The notes: generated from the letters alone by a model not told the origin. Counted from the first letter of the whole stretch, positions 11,860 through 24,425 are shown. The stretch: DNA of 53,243 nucleotides, filler included, from Bipalium vagum (GCA_037834085.1; 3 parts of 3 records of this genome joined end to end with filler, not necessarily neighbours in it), one strand, 5' to 3'. Numbers and translations: made by a program.

Positions 11860-13920
11860 TGATTAAAAGAGTTGGGTATGCCTCGTAACATTCTTCGAAG
11901 TCTACGAGTGAATATATTTTTTCCATCTTTGAATTTGTGCAGTCGTATTCTACCAATGCATTAATTCTATTCATCGTGTTTAAAAACATCATCATGATTA
12001 TTTGCATCATTGGTAATAGTGAGTCGTTTGTCAATTGTCTATTCCACCTGGGTTGACTATACCCTCTTCTTGGCTTTTCCAGCCTTGTTCTTTGTCTAAA
12101 TTTTGACTGTCTTCTAGGAGGTTCAGGTGATCTTTCTGGGGTTGATCCGGCCCCTGTTTCTGATGTCTGCTTTGTCGCAATAGACTTCGCCATCATTCGT
12201 TTAACTGCACCAATGATCCAAAATAATCTTTAATCATTTTATTAGCTCCTTAAATTAATATTTCCGTATTTCGTCTTCCTGACTCTAGATTCATTTTATC
12301 CGCTTTTTTCAAAATTAATGCAATACCTATCATTGCCTTTTCTTTATCCATCCTCCCTTCTCATAATTGCGCTAACTACATCTCGTCGCTCATGCTATCT
12401 GGTTCTTCCACAAAATCTTCAATATCTGATAAAATTTTCGAAATTTCTAAAAATATTTTTATTGTTAAATTTTCTGGTTCTCCAGTCGTCTCTATTGGTG
12501 GATCCATTAATTCTATCAATCCCCGTAATCGCTCCTGGTCTTCCTTTGTGGTTTCATCATATGCTTCTTCTTCATGTTGTTTTATGTAACAGTCGGCTAA
12601 TCTGTGTAAAGATTCTCTTCTTACAATTCTTTTAGTTTCTTTGCTAATTCCTTGAGGACGAGGTGCATTTGAGTCCTTCCTTGGTCTCCAAACTGGTTTA
12701 TTTCAGAGTCTTGCTTGACGGTCTTTCCTTTAAGCTTCTTCTCATGATTGTTCTGCTGGTGAAATTTCTCTTGCTCCTCATGGTTCTTCTTCCTCGAATA
12801 TTTCCTCTAAGACTACAATTTCGGACCGTACTTCTGTTGTTACTTCAGGTGGTCCACAGTCTAATAAGTATTCTTCATCATCTAGCTGATATGCATTCCA
12901 GAAAATTACAATGATCAATCCCCGAACCATTACTTGATTTGCTTTTTCTCTTACTGCTCGGACCATTGCACAATAATGAAATTCTACGTCCGTTTCTTCG
13001 TATCCAATCATTTTTAATTTGATTTTTATTAGTCGTTGACCTATTCCTCTTAATCTCATATATCTTCCGTATCTACGGATCACGGATCTGCCTGCTGAAT
13101 ACCAAACTCTCTTATATGTGGTTTAATTACTTTGACTATTCTTCCAAGCATCATTGGAGTAACCGCTAACTCCCTTAACTGACTTAACAAATCCATAATT
13201 CTGCCTTTGTTTCTTGGCGTCCTTGTGAATTCCCGTTCTAGTACCTCTGGAAGTGTATTATATTCTTCTTGATCCAAATTCACTAATGCCATTATTACGT
13301 TCCGATTAACATCTATTTTTTCTTCCAGCGAATTGTTTCTAGTTAATATCTTAATTTCATTTTCCTGTGATTTGGATCATTGATATCGTTTCGTGTCCAA
13401 TTATTCTGGACAACTGTCGCCTTAATTCTTCTTTTTCTGCCCTCATTTTCTCTGTATCGTCATCATTTTCCATGTCTCTTACCATGTTTATTTTTGCATA
13501 ACCAAATGCCGACCTTTTAACCACCTTTGGTAAAGTCTTTTCACTAAAACAAGATTTCGCCATTTGTCCATACTGCTTAAATTTAAAGCATTGTACTTTC
13601 CCATTGATGTTTACATTATCTCTTTAAGGTGAATTCTTTGCAAACACGTTTCTTTCAAATGTCCTCTTTTATTACAATACCTAAAATTTTTATGTTACAC
13701 CCTTTTGCGAAATGACCTGTTTCATTACAGTTTCTATAAACTATATCTGTATTCCTCCTCTGATCCTTTCCTGGACTTGGAACAAATTCTAATTTCCTAG
13801 CTCGACATTAATTTGCTACATGCCTTGACTTCTGACAATTAAAACATTTCTTGACTATTTGCTAAATGTTGTCCTTAAATGTTGAATAGCATCTTGTGCA
13901 ACGATGAATACCATTTCTAG
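11860..13920 (-). mobile_element. Decayed retroelement-like region: gag-type CCHC knuckles, unknown ORF, env-like glycoprotein N-terminus
   Basis: Four degenerate zinc knuckles at 13550-13850 (CFNCQKSRHVAN*C, YRNCNETGHFAKGC, RYCNKRGHLKETC, CFKFKQYGQMAKSC). A long coding-like frame with scattered stops and frameshifts follows, then a hydrophobic signal-like stretch and ALVEYDCTNSKMEKIYSLVDFEEC near 11890-12030. Confidence 0.72.
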
Positions 13921-13939
13921 GTGAATGGCGCTATAAACA

Positions 13940-14280
13940 CAAAAAATTGTGTAATCTGGTCTGCGAAAAAATCAAAAAAATCTGCATTCACAAAAAAGTG
14001 GCGTTATGGATAGGCGTCTCCCAACATTTTACTCTTTAACTACCATGAAACTATCTATGATTAGCACTATCTTTCAGTGATTAAAGAACATGTTAAACTA
14101 GTTTTGGGGAAAAATAAGAAGCTTCGTTCCATTATTTTCAATAGTATGGAGCTCCTGCACATATCTTCGGTAATGTTTCATAGCTTCTGTTACAGCAATA
14201 TAAAACTAGCAACGAAAAGCGTTTCTCACAAGACAACTGCATCAGTCATTGAAAACTTGGTTGTTCGATTGTAGTATATA
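13940..14280 (+). mobile_element. Tc1/mariner-superfamily (DD37D/DD41D-type) transposase remnant
   Basis: Degenerate NCVIWSAK...HSQKVALWIGVS and IFQ*YGAPAH, resembling the FQQDGAPAH motif. Confidence 0.6.
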
Positions 14281-14528
14281 GGGATGGAAATGGTGGATAT
14301 ATCAATCATCTATTATGAATATTGAAAATATTCATAACTTGATTATAACAGTTACATCAATTGTACTGTAGACTGTCTATTTTTTTATTGATAATAGATT
14401 TATTTTTATTTTGAAGTGATTTATGAAAAATGTACTTTTTTCCTCTGCAAGAATAAGAAAAAAATAGACAAAATAACCTTGTAAAAAATGAACATATAAT
14501 ATGTAAAGATTTACAAACTTGATTAAAA

Positions 14529-14560
14529 TATTGGGTTGGTGCAAAATAATGGCGATTTTA
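14529..14560. mobile_element. Solo mariner TIR
   Basis: TA-TTGGGTTGGTGCAAAATAATGGCGATTTT resembles the cecropia/Hsmar1-type TIR TTAGGTTGGTGCAAAAGTAATTGCGG. No partner TIR seen. Confidence 0.5.
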
Positions 14561-15619
14561 GCAAATATAAAATTCTAGAACTCAGTTCAAATAAGAGTTA
14601 ATTTGGTTACAGTTATAAAATTTCACAATGAGTCCAAGATTAATCCTTGTAAGTTTGAAATCTAGTTTATTCTTATAGATCACGCAAAAACTTAAGAGAT
14701 AATGATTATAATTTGATATACAAAAAATAATGAAAATAAAAACCGAGATTAAAACCTTTTATAAATCGCGACATTCTAAAAAAAGAATACATTTTCAACA
14801 ATATATTTTTATAATAGAAACATTACAGGTGTTAATTTACAAGGTAAATTACTTACAATATCAATCAAAATGCAATGAAATAACTACAGCAAAACATGTC
14901 CAGAAATTAAAAATGCAAATCAATTCACTAAATTCATGTTTATATGTATCAATTGTACAAAAGAAATATGGTCTTTTGATGAAATAGATCAACGTGGAGT
15001 AGATATGAAATCTATGACATTAATGTTGAGGCATCTTTATTGTGCCTGAAATTTAAATAAATAAAACAATAAATCAAACAAATTTCTCTAATTGACAAAG
15101 TAATTATTCTTCATTATTACTTCAAAATAATTTTTAATTACCCCAAGACTTAAAATGTTACCTTAAAACGCTGTAACGCTGATAAAAGTTAGAAGAATTT
15201 AATAATTTTTTTTTCTAATTTTGCATTTCTAATAAATCATATGTTAATGAAAAATTTTAAACTAGTTCTAAAAAAATATTTATTTCATTTTATTAATAGC
15301 ATCATAGATGAAAATAAATACTTTTTATTTTTAAAAAAGTTTAACCAGAAAACATGAAATATTAAAATATTGATAATTTTAAATAATATTTGTTTTAAAC
15401 ATATAAAACAGATAAGGCGGTTTTTTAAATATTATGAATTTTTATAGTTTTGAAGTTTGCATAAATTATTTTTAAATTGTTTTTACAGTTATTTATTGCC
15501 TAATAATTAACCAATTGTTATTGAATAAACTTGAATAAAACCAAATTAATTTATAACTATTTAAGTTTTATGGTTTATAGAATATTTATTAAAAGAAAAC
15601 AAGATTAATTTATTTAATA

Positions 15620-16829
15620 TATTAGGTAGTCTAAAATGTATTGAGCCTTTAGACGTCAAAATTAAGACAAAGAATTAACATAATAATAAACATAATTAAA
15701 CCAAATATGCGGCGTTTAGTTCGATGACCTTCTGCCATTTCTCTTTCAAGATCATAATTCGATTCCTGTAAAATTTTTCTGATTTCTGTTCAAAGAATTG
15801 AGCCAAATACTTTTCTCGCTCATCTTTTGAATTTAATTTCACATTATGAAGGGATTGTCACGTAAACCTAAACATATGATAATCCTACAGTGCAATGTCT
15901 AGAATATATGATATATGCATCAAAACCTCCCATCCCAATTCTCAATTTTTGATGGGATTAATAAATTTATGTGGTCAGGCGTTGTCATGATGAAAGATGA
16001 CAGCTTTTCTGTTCATAAGTCTCGGTTGTTTTATTTTAAGTAATAGTTCCAATTTTGATAATTGTTGACAGTAAAGAACTGAGTTAATCATTTTACCAAT
16101 CTGGAGAAGCTCATAATGCAGAATACTTTTGAAATACCACCAAACAGCTAATATTACCTTTTTTGAAGTCAACCCAGACGAAATGTTTTTTCAACCATGA
16201 TCTTTTTCGAACAATGTTTTCATATGTAATTCATTTTTCATCCCGTTGATTAAAAATCTCAAAAAGACACCACTTTCATTTCTTTTTATTAGCGATTTGC
16301 AAATTTTAATTCTATCGAATAAATTTTTTGTTCAAAAATTATGTGGCACCCAAACATTGAGTTTCTTTTGGTATCTTGACTTCTTTAAATGATTTTAAAC
16401 TGTTTGTTGAGTAAAATGTAGTTCTTTCGAAAAGGTATGATTGCTTGCATGTCGTTCTTCTTCATCTTTTGCCATTATTTCTTAAATTTTTTATGTGATT
16501 GGTGGACAGGATCGACATCAAAATTTCTAGAACGAAATCGACAGAACCATCTTTTGGCTGTTGCTTCGGATAAGATATCATCATCATAAACTGTACAAAT
16601 TTCTTAACGCGCTTCAAAACAAATTGAACCTTTGCATTATAATCCTGATTTTTCCGGTTTTTTCACTCATGTTTAACGCTTTCTAAAATAGATCTGAATC
16701 AATACATATAAATTTAAAACATCTCAATGTAAGAATAAATTTAATTACCTCTTTAATGTTAATTATAATATGTGAAATTTAAGACTCTAAAGCTATAAAA
16801 AGGCCCAATACTTTTTATACTACATAATA
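15620..16829 (-). mobile_element. Full-length decayed mariner transposon (~1.2 kb)
   Basis: TIRs TATTAGGTAGTCTAAAATGTATTGAGCCT / AGGCCCAATACTTTTTATACTACATAATA. Motifs WVPHN, KKVILAVWW and VIFHHDNA (ORF 15975-16172). Confidence 0.92.
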
Positions 16830-17301
16830 TTAACCAATTAAATTCTGGAAAAAAATATAATACTTTTTATTCAATTAAATAAACTTAATTTTTGAATATT
16901 ACAGAAATCAATAAATATTATTTTATATTTTAATATTGATTATTGTAATTATTTTATAATTGATATTGTTTTGTCTTTATTAAAAATATTATGAAAAATG
17001 GAACACCAACTAACTTTCGAATATATAATTATGGTAACATTTATTAAAAAAAAGGTTTCTCAATGGTTTTTTTTAAAAATGAAAAAAATTATTCTTTTTG
17101 AATAAATGATGTCTTATTTTAACTATCGCGATTTAATTGTAAATTGTCCACCAGTTTGGATATTGGTAGTCAAGATGCTGTTAAGAACTTTTTGATAACA
17201 TGAAAAATTATAAATCATATTTATTGGTTAAAGGATAAAATAAACTTAAAATAATCAAATGAAATCTTCATAATTTATTTATTAAATACTTAAATTCCAT
17301 A

Positions 17302-17606
17302 CTATTCCATATGACAATTTGATGAACATTTGCATCTTTGAACGAAATGGACACCACGTCGATACTGACGACCATTGTCACATTGAAATTGAATCTCTCT
17401 CGTTCGATATTTGGAAGGAACACAGCAGTGTGAAGAAAAATTATGGTTTGGTTTGTGAAAAAAGCTTTTACTAATATCAGCTTGCATTCTGTTGTTTGGA
17501 CACGATCCTTCACAATAACGATATTCAACTTTCTTAATTGATAAGCACAACGTATCTGGATCTTTTATATAATTCTTAACCATTTTCCTATGGCACATTG
17601 AATTTT
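17302..17606 (-). CDS. slit: Terminal exon encoding a C-terminal cystine-knot (CT) domain, most similar in pattern to Slit
   Basis: ENSMCHRK...CLSIKKVEYRYCEGSC...CCVPSKYRTREIQFQCDNGRQYRRGVHFVQRCKCSSNC-HME-stop follows the Slit CT cysteine pattern (C..KKV...CxGxC...CCxP...R...FxCxxG...CxC). Phase-1 acceptor TTACAG at 17607, with AATAAA just downstream of the stop. A CCN or mucin CT domain is not excluded. Confidence 0.7.
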
Positions 17607-17800
17607 CTGTAATTAAAATCATTATTTTAATAAATAATAATAATAAAATATTAAATAATAATAAAAGATTAATTTTACATTATATATTTCTGTTACATCA
17701 ACAAAAATAATTTTTTTATATATTAAAGCTTGTCCACGATGAAATTGTCGCATTTTAAAACTTAAATAATATCAACACCAAACAATATATTTGCAAACAA

Positions 17801-17900
17801 NNNNNNNNNNNNNNNNNNNNNNNNNNNNNNNNNNNNNNNNNNNNTTAATTAATTAANNNNNNNNNNNNNNNNNNNNNNNNNNNNNNNNNNNNNNNNNNNN
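17801..17900. other. Assembly gap with artificial linker
   Basis: 44 N + TTAATTAATTAA (17845-17856, stops in all six frames) + 44 N. Confidence 0.97.
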
Positions 17901-18649
17901 GGTGAATATCTGCTTTTGCTTGCCTCTCCAGCGCTTCATCTTTTTTAGACCAGCTTCTTTTTCTGTTGACATTATTGGCAAATTTGAGAACCACAACCTC
18001 GATAGATACATCAAATATTCCAAAGTCACTAGTTTATCATCTCAAGATCAAGCCGGGTTGTGGTTTTCATTTTACAGTAACTTATGCCATGAGATTTATA
18101 ATTGGATAGGTTAAATGATCTAAACAAGAGGATGATTGAATTAAAATTATTATCCTCGTCCTTAATAACCTTATATTATTTTTAACTTATTCTTGTCTAT
18201 TAATTTAATGTTTAACTATTATTTCTTTTATTTTAAGACATTAATTAGTTAAAATATTAATTAATTCATAACAGGTTTTATTTTTGAAAGAAAATAATTG
18301 ATAACTTTTCTAAAATAGTTCAAAATTCACAATATAAGGTAACCTTAAATTATTGTTAATAAAAAGCGTACATAGCCATGTTCCCTCAAAAAACGAATGA
18401 TTTTCTAATGATTAAAACTGCTAAATAAAACTCTGAAATTTTCTAACAATAGAATGTTACATAAGATTTAATTATGCACCACATTGAATTTTGGCCTTTT
18501 TTTATTTAACGTTACATCACATAATTTTGTTTTTTAATCTCAAAATGTGCTACAAATGACTTAATTATAAAATTAAAGATACTAGAACTGGCAAATATTA
18601 ACCGTTGAAACAATTTATTAAACAAATAAACTTATCAAACAAAATTCAC

Positions 18650-20502
18650 TCAGCACGGTCTACCCCGACCAGGCATCTTCACCGGTCTATTGTCTTCCGG
18701 TGCCTTAGATTTGGCATTGCGAATAGTTTCGTCTAAAGTAAGCACCATGCAAGCCGCTTCAGTTGCTGCAGTAATAGCGTTTGACTTAACAAGAGCTGGC
18801 TCCCAGACACAAGCCTCAAAATTGTCAGCAATATCCTCATTCAAAATATCAACACCGCACCAAATCTTTCCTTGGGCGTGTTTCTGACGCAACTTGTTCA
18901 GAATATTTGTTGCATCGAAACCTGCATTTTCACACAATTGTCGAGGAATTATCTCAAAAGCTCTGGCCATAGCGCCAATAAACAGTTGATCTCTTCCGTG
19001 AATATTTCTCGAATAATCTCGTAAGTATTTGCTAATCTCCATGTCAATTGCCCCCCCTCCGGCAACCACGGCGTCGTTTTTCATCGCTCGCCTGACGATC
19101 ATTATAGCATCATGAAGCGATCTTTCTGTCTCTTCCATAAATTGCTCAGATCCTCCTCTCAGGATGATAGTACACGTTTTTGCTTCCGGGCATCCGACAA
19201 AAATGTTAAATCTGAAAATCAAATATTAATGGGTTTTTTATTATTAATAAAAATTATTTATATCCATTAAATCTTTAGTTTACCTCTCCCCGCCAATTTG
19301 AATTTCCTCAAACGATTCACATTTTCCCAAGGTGTCGTCAGTCACATCCTTTACAGTTGTCTGAATAGCTCCACCACATGCGGCCATTGTTCTTTTCAAG
19401 TCTTCTTCAGAAACACGTCCAGCACAGAACATGTCTCGATCAGCAAAATACTGAGTGGCCACATCTCCAATTGGCAGTTTGGAAAGGACAATTTTTGCTC
19501 CACTTTTCCAAATAGCTTCCAATTTATCGTAAAGAATTTTCCATTCAGCATCAACAATTTTTTGATATTCCTTAAAAATAATTTATGGAATGGAAATCGA
19601 TGAAAACAATGATACTCACTTCAACAGAATTGACTCTGATCTCAGCGTTTTCTTTTTCTGACTTCAATTCTAGTTCTATATTAAGCAGAGAAATTTTTGG
19701 TTTCTGGTATGACTTTGGTTGCATCTCAAAGCCAGCATAACTGAATGTTTTTTTAAAGGCCACTCCAGCAATCAATTGACTGTCTTGGAGTGAGCCACCG
19801 GCAACCTTTTTAATCCCAATCATGTCCAACGGAAGCAAATGATCTAAGCTGCTGACGGCATCAACAACGAGTTTTGAGAAGAAATCTTTATAAGTTGCTA
19901 CTAGTTTTGAGCTCAATGCTGTTGATGCACATTTTATTAATAGGCTACGTCGTTCAGCATCGTTTCCCTTTTCAATTTTAACTGATAATTCGTTTAAATA
20001 ATTCAGAGCTAATCTAGCTCCTTTCTTGTAGGCTTTCTGTATTAATTCCGGATGAACTCCCTCTTCAATAAACGATTTGGCTTGTTTAAGAAATTCGCCA
20101 GCCAAGAGCATCACACTGGTTGTTCCATCACCGACTTCATCATCCTGAGATAGGGCAATCTGTACAACTGTACTAGCGACAGGGTGAACAACATCCAACA
20201 GTTTCAATATAGTGGCACCGTCATTAGAGATAGTGGCCTTTGCTAATTATTTCGATTAATTTAAATTTAAAATACAGAAATTTACATTTTTCATCAATAA
20301 TTAACTTGTCCATCCCTCTGGGCCCTAAAGTCGTTCTTACTGCTTCCGCTATGGATTGGACAGCTGTGATGTTGGACATTATTTGAGGGATACCCTGTGA
20401 TGTATCTGTACCCTCTTTTAACAAAACTATCTGAGCACCGGGCTATAATTAATGGTTATTAAACTAATTAAAAACATGATAAAATGAAGAACGTACCAAC
20501 AT
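18650..20502 (-). CDS. CCT7: T-complex protein 1 subunit eta (chaperonin CCT/TRiC), 5 exons, 544 aa
   Basis: Exons 20502-20497, 20442-20286, 20242-19620, 19570-19284 and 19211-18650 (1635 nt, in frame), with GT-AG introns of 54, 43, 49 and 72 bp. Motifs [63 protein letters not shown] and a GRGRP tail. Confidence 0.97.
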
Positions 20503-22338
20503 AGTAACAAAACGATTTATTGAATTTAGAAATTAATTAAAACAAATGTCAGAGAAGATTCTTGAATAATAATTAATTTAATTTAATAACATTTTTAATA
20601 TATTTTAGTGTAACAAAATTATTAACTTTGAAGTTTTGATGAAATTTTTTTAAAAAAATTAGAAAGAAATTGAATAAAAGAAATCGAAAATTGATCATTT
20701 TAACTTACTCTTACTTATTTAATTTGTTTTGTTCAAACGTTATATATTAACTTCAATTTGTTTTCGATTTTAAATTTCAATCCATGGTTATTCAAAATTA
20801 ATTTTAATTATCTTAAGACTTTTTCTTCATTTCGAAATTTTAGTATATTAAGCAAGTCCTTTAAAGTTATTTATATTTAATTTTAATGTTGTTTGATCAA
20901 TATAGTATTATAAAAAACTTGTATATAAGCGAATAGTGTTAATAATATTAATAGAGATAAATAAAGTTGTAAAATTACTATTATAGTCGAAAAATACTAG
21001 AATTAAATATATAAAAGAATTAAATTAATGGGATGCGGAGTTGACGATTTTTTATAAAAATATAATCACTATTAATATTATAATCAAATCATTTATTAAC
21101 TAGTCTTCCTAAACTAATATCATCTTTTTTATAAAATGAAATGAAATAATATTTAAATAATTAATATTTTCAAATAAGCTCGTGTAAAAATACAATCAAA
21201 ACTTAGATACAAATCTTTTAACAGAATGTAAAATATTTTCAGTAAAGAAGTAAAAATTTTTGAAAAGCTTTATTTTTTAGTGCTTTCCAGGTCTCATTTC
21301 TTCGTTATGATAAGATATATTATTAGCATTTAAGGATCATTTACCAAGATCCAATGGGTAGTTAAGCAGTACGGAACAATAAACGTGTAAGTTTAAAATT
21401 TTTATTAAATCTGTAACAATAAAACACTAATATTAAATTTAATATTGTCTTGAAAGCCAACACACAAAAGAATGCATATATTTGCATTTATACTATTCCC
21501 AGTGAATTAAAATGTCACAAGAGATTCAAGTTTTATTTTCGACTGCCTAATGACTATAATTCTGCTACGAAAACAAATAACGAAATGACAATAAAGAGAT
21601 AAGAGTCGAACCAAAAATGGAATCAGTGGCCTGAAAAAATGAAACAATAATACTTGGTAATAGCTCAAATTAAGAAAATTAACAATGGTATCCAGGATTT
21701 CATATAGTGCTTGTTGACCTTTCACAATATAAACCAAAGTATCGAAATCATGAATCTCTGCCAGGTTTTGAAATTCAAAGCGAAGCCAAATCACCGATTA
21801 CTTTTAACACTCCGATTAATTAAAATTAAAACTATCAATTTATCAAAATCACTTAAAAATTCGAAATAAAAAAATAATTGCAATTTCCTTTTAATTAAAT
21901 TTAGTATCGTAAATTTATTCGCAAATCACTGATCACTTTTTTAAAAAATCTTTTTATTCAAAAATTATTTATTCTATTTATATAAAACTATAAAATTTAT
22001 ATATATTCTACTAATATATAAAACAAATTCAATTTATTTACCACCTCACTGTAGCTAGATCGATAAAAGAAATTGCAACTTTAAAATAGATTTCTTATCA
22101 AAATATCTCTCTATTTTTTAAAACAATATTTCAAAAGGCGTACTTATATTTCCTGTCAAATTATTTCAAAACAATCTCTATTGTCATTGATTACTACTGG
22201 GTACATACTTCATGACATCATACGAACCACCACTCAAGAACAGCCGACAGCTGCCAATATAGGACAACAACAATACTTTCTTAGCGTTGTCCAGAAAGGT
22301 AAGAAAACCTTTTCTTCATAAATATGTTGGGTTCTAGA

Positions 22339-22339
<1 letters not shown>

Positions 22340-22388
<49 letters not shown>
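22340..22388. repeat. (AAT)n microsatellite
   Basis: Perfect TAA/AAT trinucleotide run. Confidence 0.95.
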
Positions 22389-22390
<2 letters not shown>

Positions 22391-22479
22391 TTTTTTTAAA
22401 AGATACTTTTTTTCCAAAAGCCATATATCAAAATCTCGCAGGAGGATTTTACTATATTAGGCTAATGGATTTTTTTTGA

Positions 22480-23180
22480 CAGTCGTGTGGACTGTAGGTT
22501 TCAATCGGACTCTATTTCGACGTGGAGATAGAGTTTGATTAATGGCTATTAGGGAAAATAGCCGTCTCTAAGCGAAGGGATTGGTGATCGTAGACCAATC
22601 TCTACGACCATATAAAAAGACGGCTATTCCCAGAAAGCCGCCCAGAAAAATTTTGTCAGATAAAAACCGTGGATATAATTATCGTCAGAAAAAAAACCGT
22701 GGATAATAATTTTGTCAGAAGAAAAACCATTGATTTGCAGAAAGCTACGATAATTTTGCCGAGAACAGTTGCAGACCTGGCAATTTTCAGTTTATTTCCT
22801 GATGACAATGGAAAAGGATTTTACAGCGGGTCCCGTAGAGTTCGGGACTCCCTAGGTGACCTGAAAAAGGCCTAGTTGTCGCTCCGGGTGAGACCGACCC
22901 ATTTACGTTATTTTGTCTTATTTTGTTTCCGTTTTCGTTACTTAATTATTATTATCGATTATTGATTTGATTATATTTTTCTTTATTATTAACATTGTCT
23001 TTGGACTTCATTTCATTTCATTTTAGACATTGATAGATTTATGGTTTTGATTTGATTTATGAATTGATTTTGATTTTTTATTGTTGTGATAGAGTGAATA
23101 AAGTTTTATTGTGAGTGTTTTAATTCAGCTTTTAGAGTGCGGATAAAGTGTCATCAGTCTTAATTGAAGGGGGAGTTACA
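22480..23180 (+). mobile_element. Putative solo LTR or LTR fragment
   Basis: GC-richer non-coding block with TATAAAA (22611), three ~30-bp tandem repeats (22649-22735), AATAAA (23097) and an end in GTTACA (23180). The 5' TG boundary and a TSD were not identified. Confidence 0.4.
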
Positions 23181-23314
23181 TGTTACGTAATTGTGTTTTG
23201 TTTAAATAGAAACTTTTATAACTCTTAAGTATTTTCAATGTATAGTAAAAAAGAACTAACTCTAAGAAAATCTATTAAGTAAGAAGGCAAAATTAATAAA
23301 AACAAAAAAATTCT

Positions 23315-24425
23315 GGACCTATTAAATGTGGCAATCATATTATTGTCAGATTTAATTGGTATTTAAATGGATCTATTAATTTTCTATTATGTACAATGGA
23401 TCCTTCCATTTAGACAGGCTATGATATTGAATTCTTCAACTGGCTTACCGAAAAACAATTAATAAAATATGAGCAAATTTATTTTGCTTGTAAGGAAACA
23501 ATGTCTTTTAAAATGGTTAAAGTGACATCAGACGGCTGTGTTTGGAGATGCCTAAACAATAAATGCACAAAATACAGATCACGTATAAGGACTGGCTCCT
23601 GGATTTCTGATTTTAAAATCAAAATCAAAATATTTTAAGGAATGCAAGATATCTGCTCCAGTATATATTCGACTTAAAAAACTTTTTAATAGAACAGATA
23701 AAGGAATATTAGATAAATAAGCCCACCAGATTAGGTGGTCCAGGCACAATAGTGCAGTGTGATGAGACAAAAATAAACCACAATTTTAAAGCCCATAGAA
23801 GAAGAAAATCTATTATAACAATGTGGGTTTTAACAATTGTAGATGCATCTATTAAACCGGATACGCAGAAATTATACTGGATATAAGAGCATGTATCCTT
23901 TTGCCAATATTTAAGAAAGTGAGTTAATTCGATTCAACAATATATAAAGATGAAGCTCAATCTTATTCTGCATTGGGTAAAACAGATTCAGGATATAAAC
24001 ACGAATCTGTTGTTCACAAGTATCATTTTGTTGACCCAGAACAGTAGTTCATATTCAAAATGTGGAAAGTTTCAATAATAAACTATAAAGAAAAGTCAAA
24101 GACAGGCAAGGAAATCATGAAAAAAAGGGAATATTCCTTAAGTGACTCTGTTTCTAGATTGGTATAAAGAGAAATCATTTAATCAAATATTATTGATGTT
24201 AAAATATAATAAAGTTTGTGATTGTCAAAAAACTGAAAAGAAAAATCAGACAGGAAAGAAATTGATGAAAATAGCAGGGACGATTTCCTAAATAAATTTT
24301 TGTATTTAATAATTTTTTTGTGTTTAATATATTTTTATCTAGTGATTGTCAGATTTAATTGGTTACATAATGCGATCACCAGGTTTAATAGCAACACATT
24401 TGTGATTTTTAGATTTAATAGATCT
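23315..24425 (+). mobile_element. Merlin (IS1595/ISXO2-like) DNA transposon, decayed
   Basis: 8-bp TSD AAAATTCT at 23307-23314 and 24426-24433. Imperfect TIRs GGACCTATTAAATGTGGCAATCA / TGATTTTTAGATTTAATAGATCT. Transposase motifs LGGPGTIVQCDETK, IYKDEAQSY, HESVVHKYHFVDP and HIQNVESFNNKL. Confidence 0.9.

Noticed and set aside
12318-12914. Leu-rich plus-strand ORFs resembling membrane proteins
   Set aside because: They are antisense shadows of the purine-rich minus-strand retroelement frame.
17302-17622. TGF-beta/BMP ligand call for the cystine-knot ORF (CEGSC...CCVP...CKC)
   Set aside because: It lacks the TGF-beta W..W/I.P motif and has extra cysteines (CLS, FQC, terminal NC) that fit a Slit/CCN-type CT domain.
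17845-17856. Palindromic TTAATTAATTAA as a biological motif
   Set aside because: It is centred in N runs in both gaps and is an artificial linker.
17901-18110. Possible piggyBac-like transposase trace on the minus strand
   Set aside because: There is only a vague resemblance (MST...KRW), with no catalytic motif or TTAA-bounded TIR established.
18690-19603. Plus-strand ORFs overlapping CCT7
   Set aside because: They are antisense shadows of CCT7 exons.
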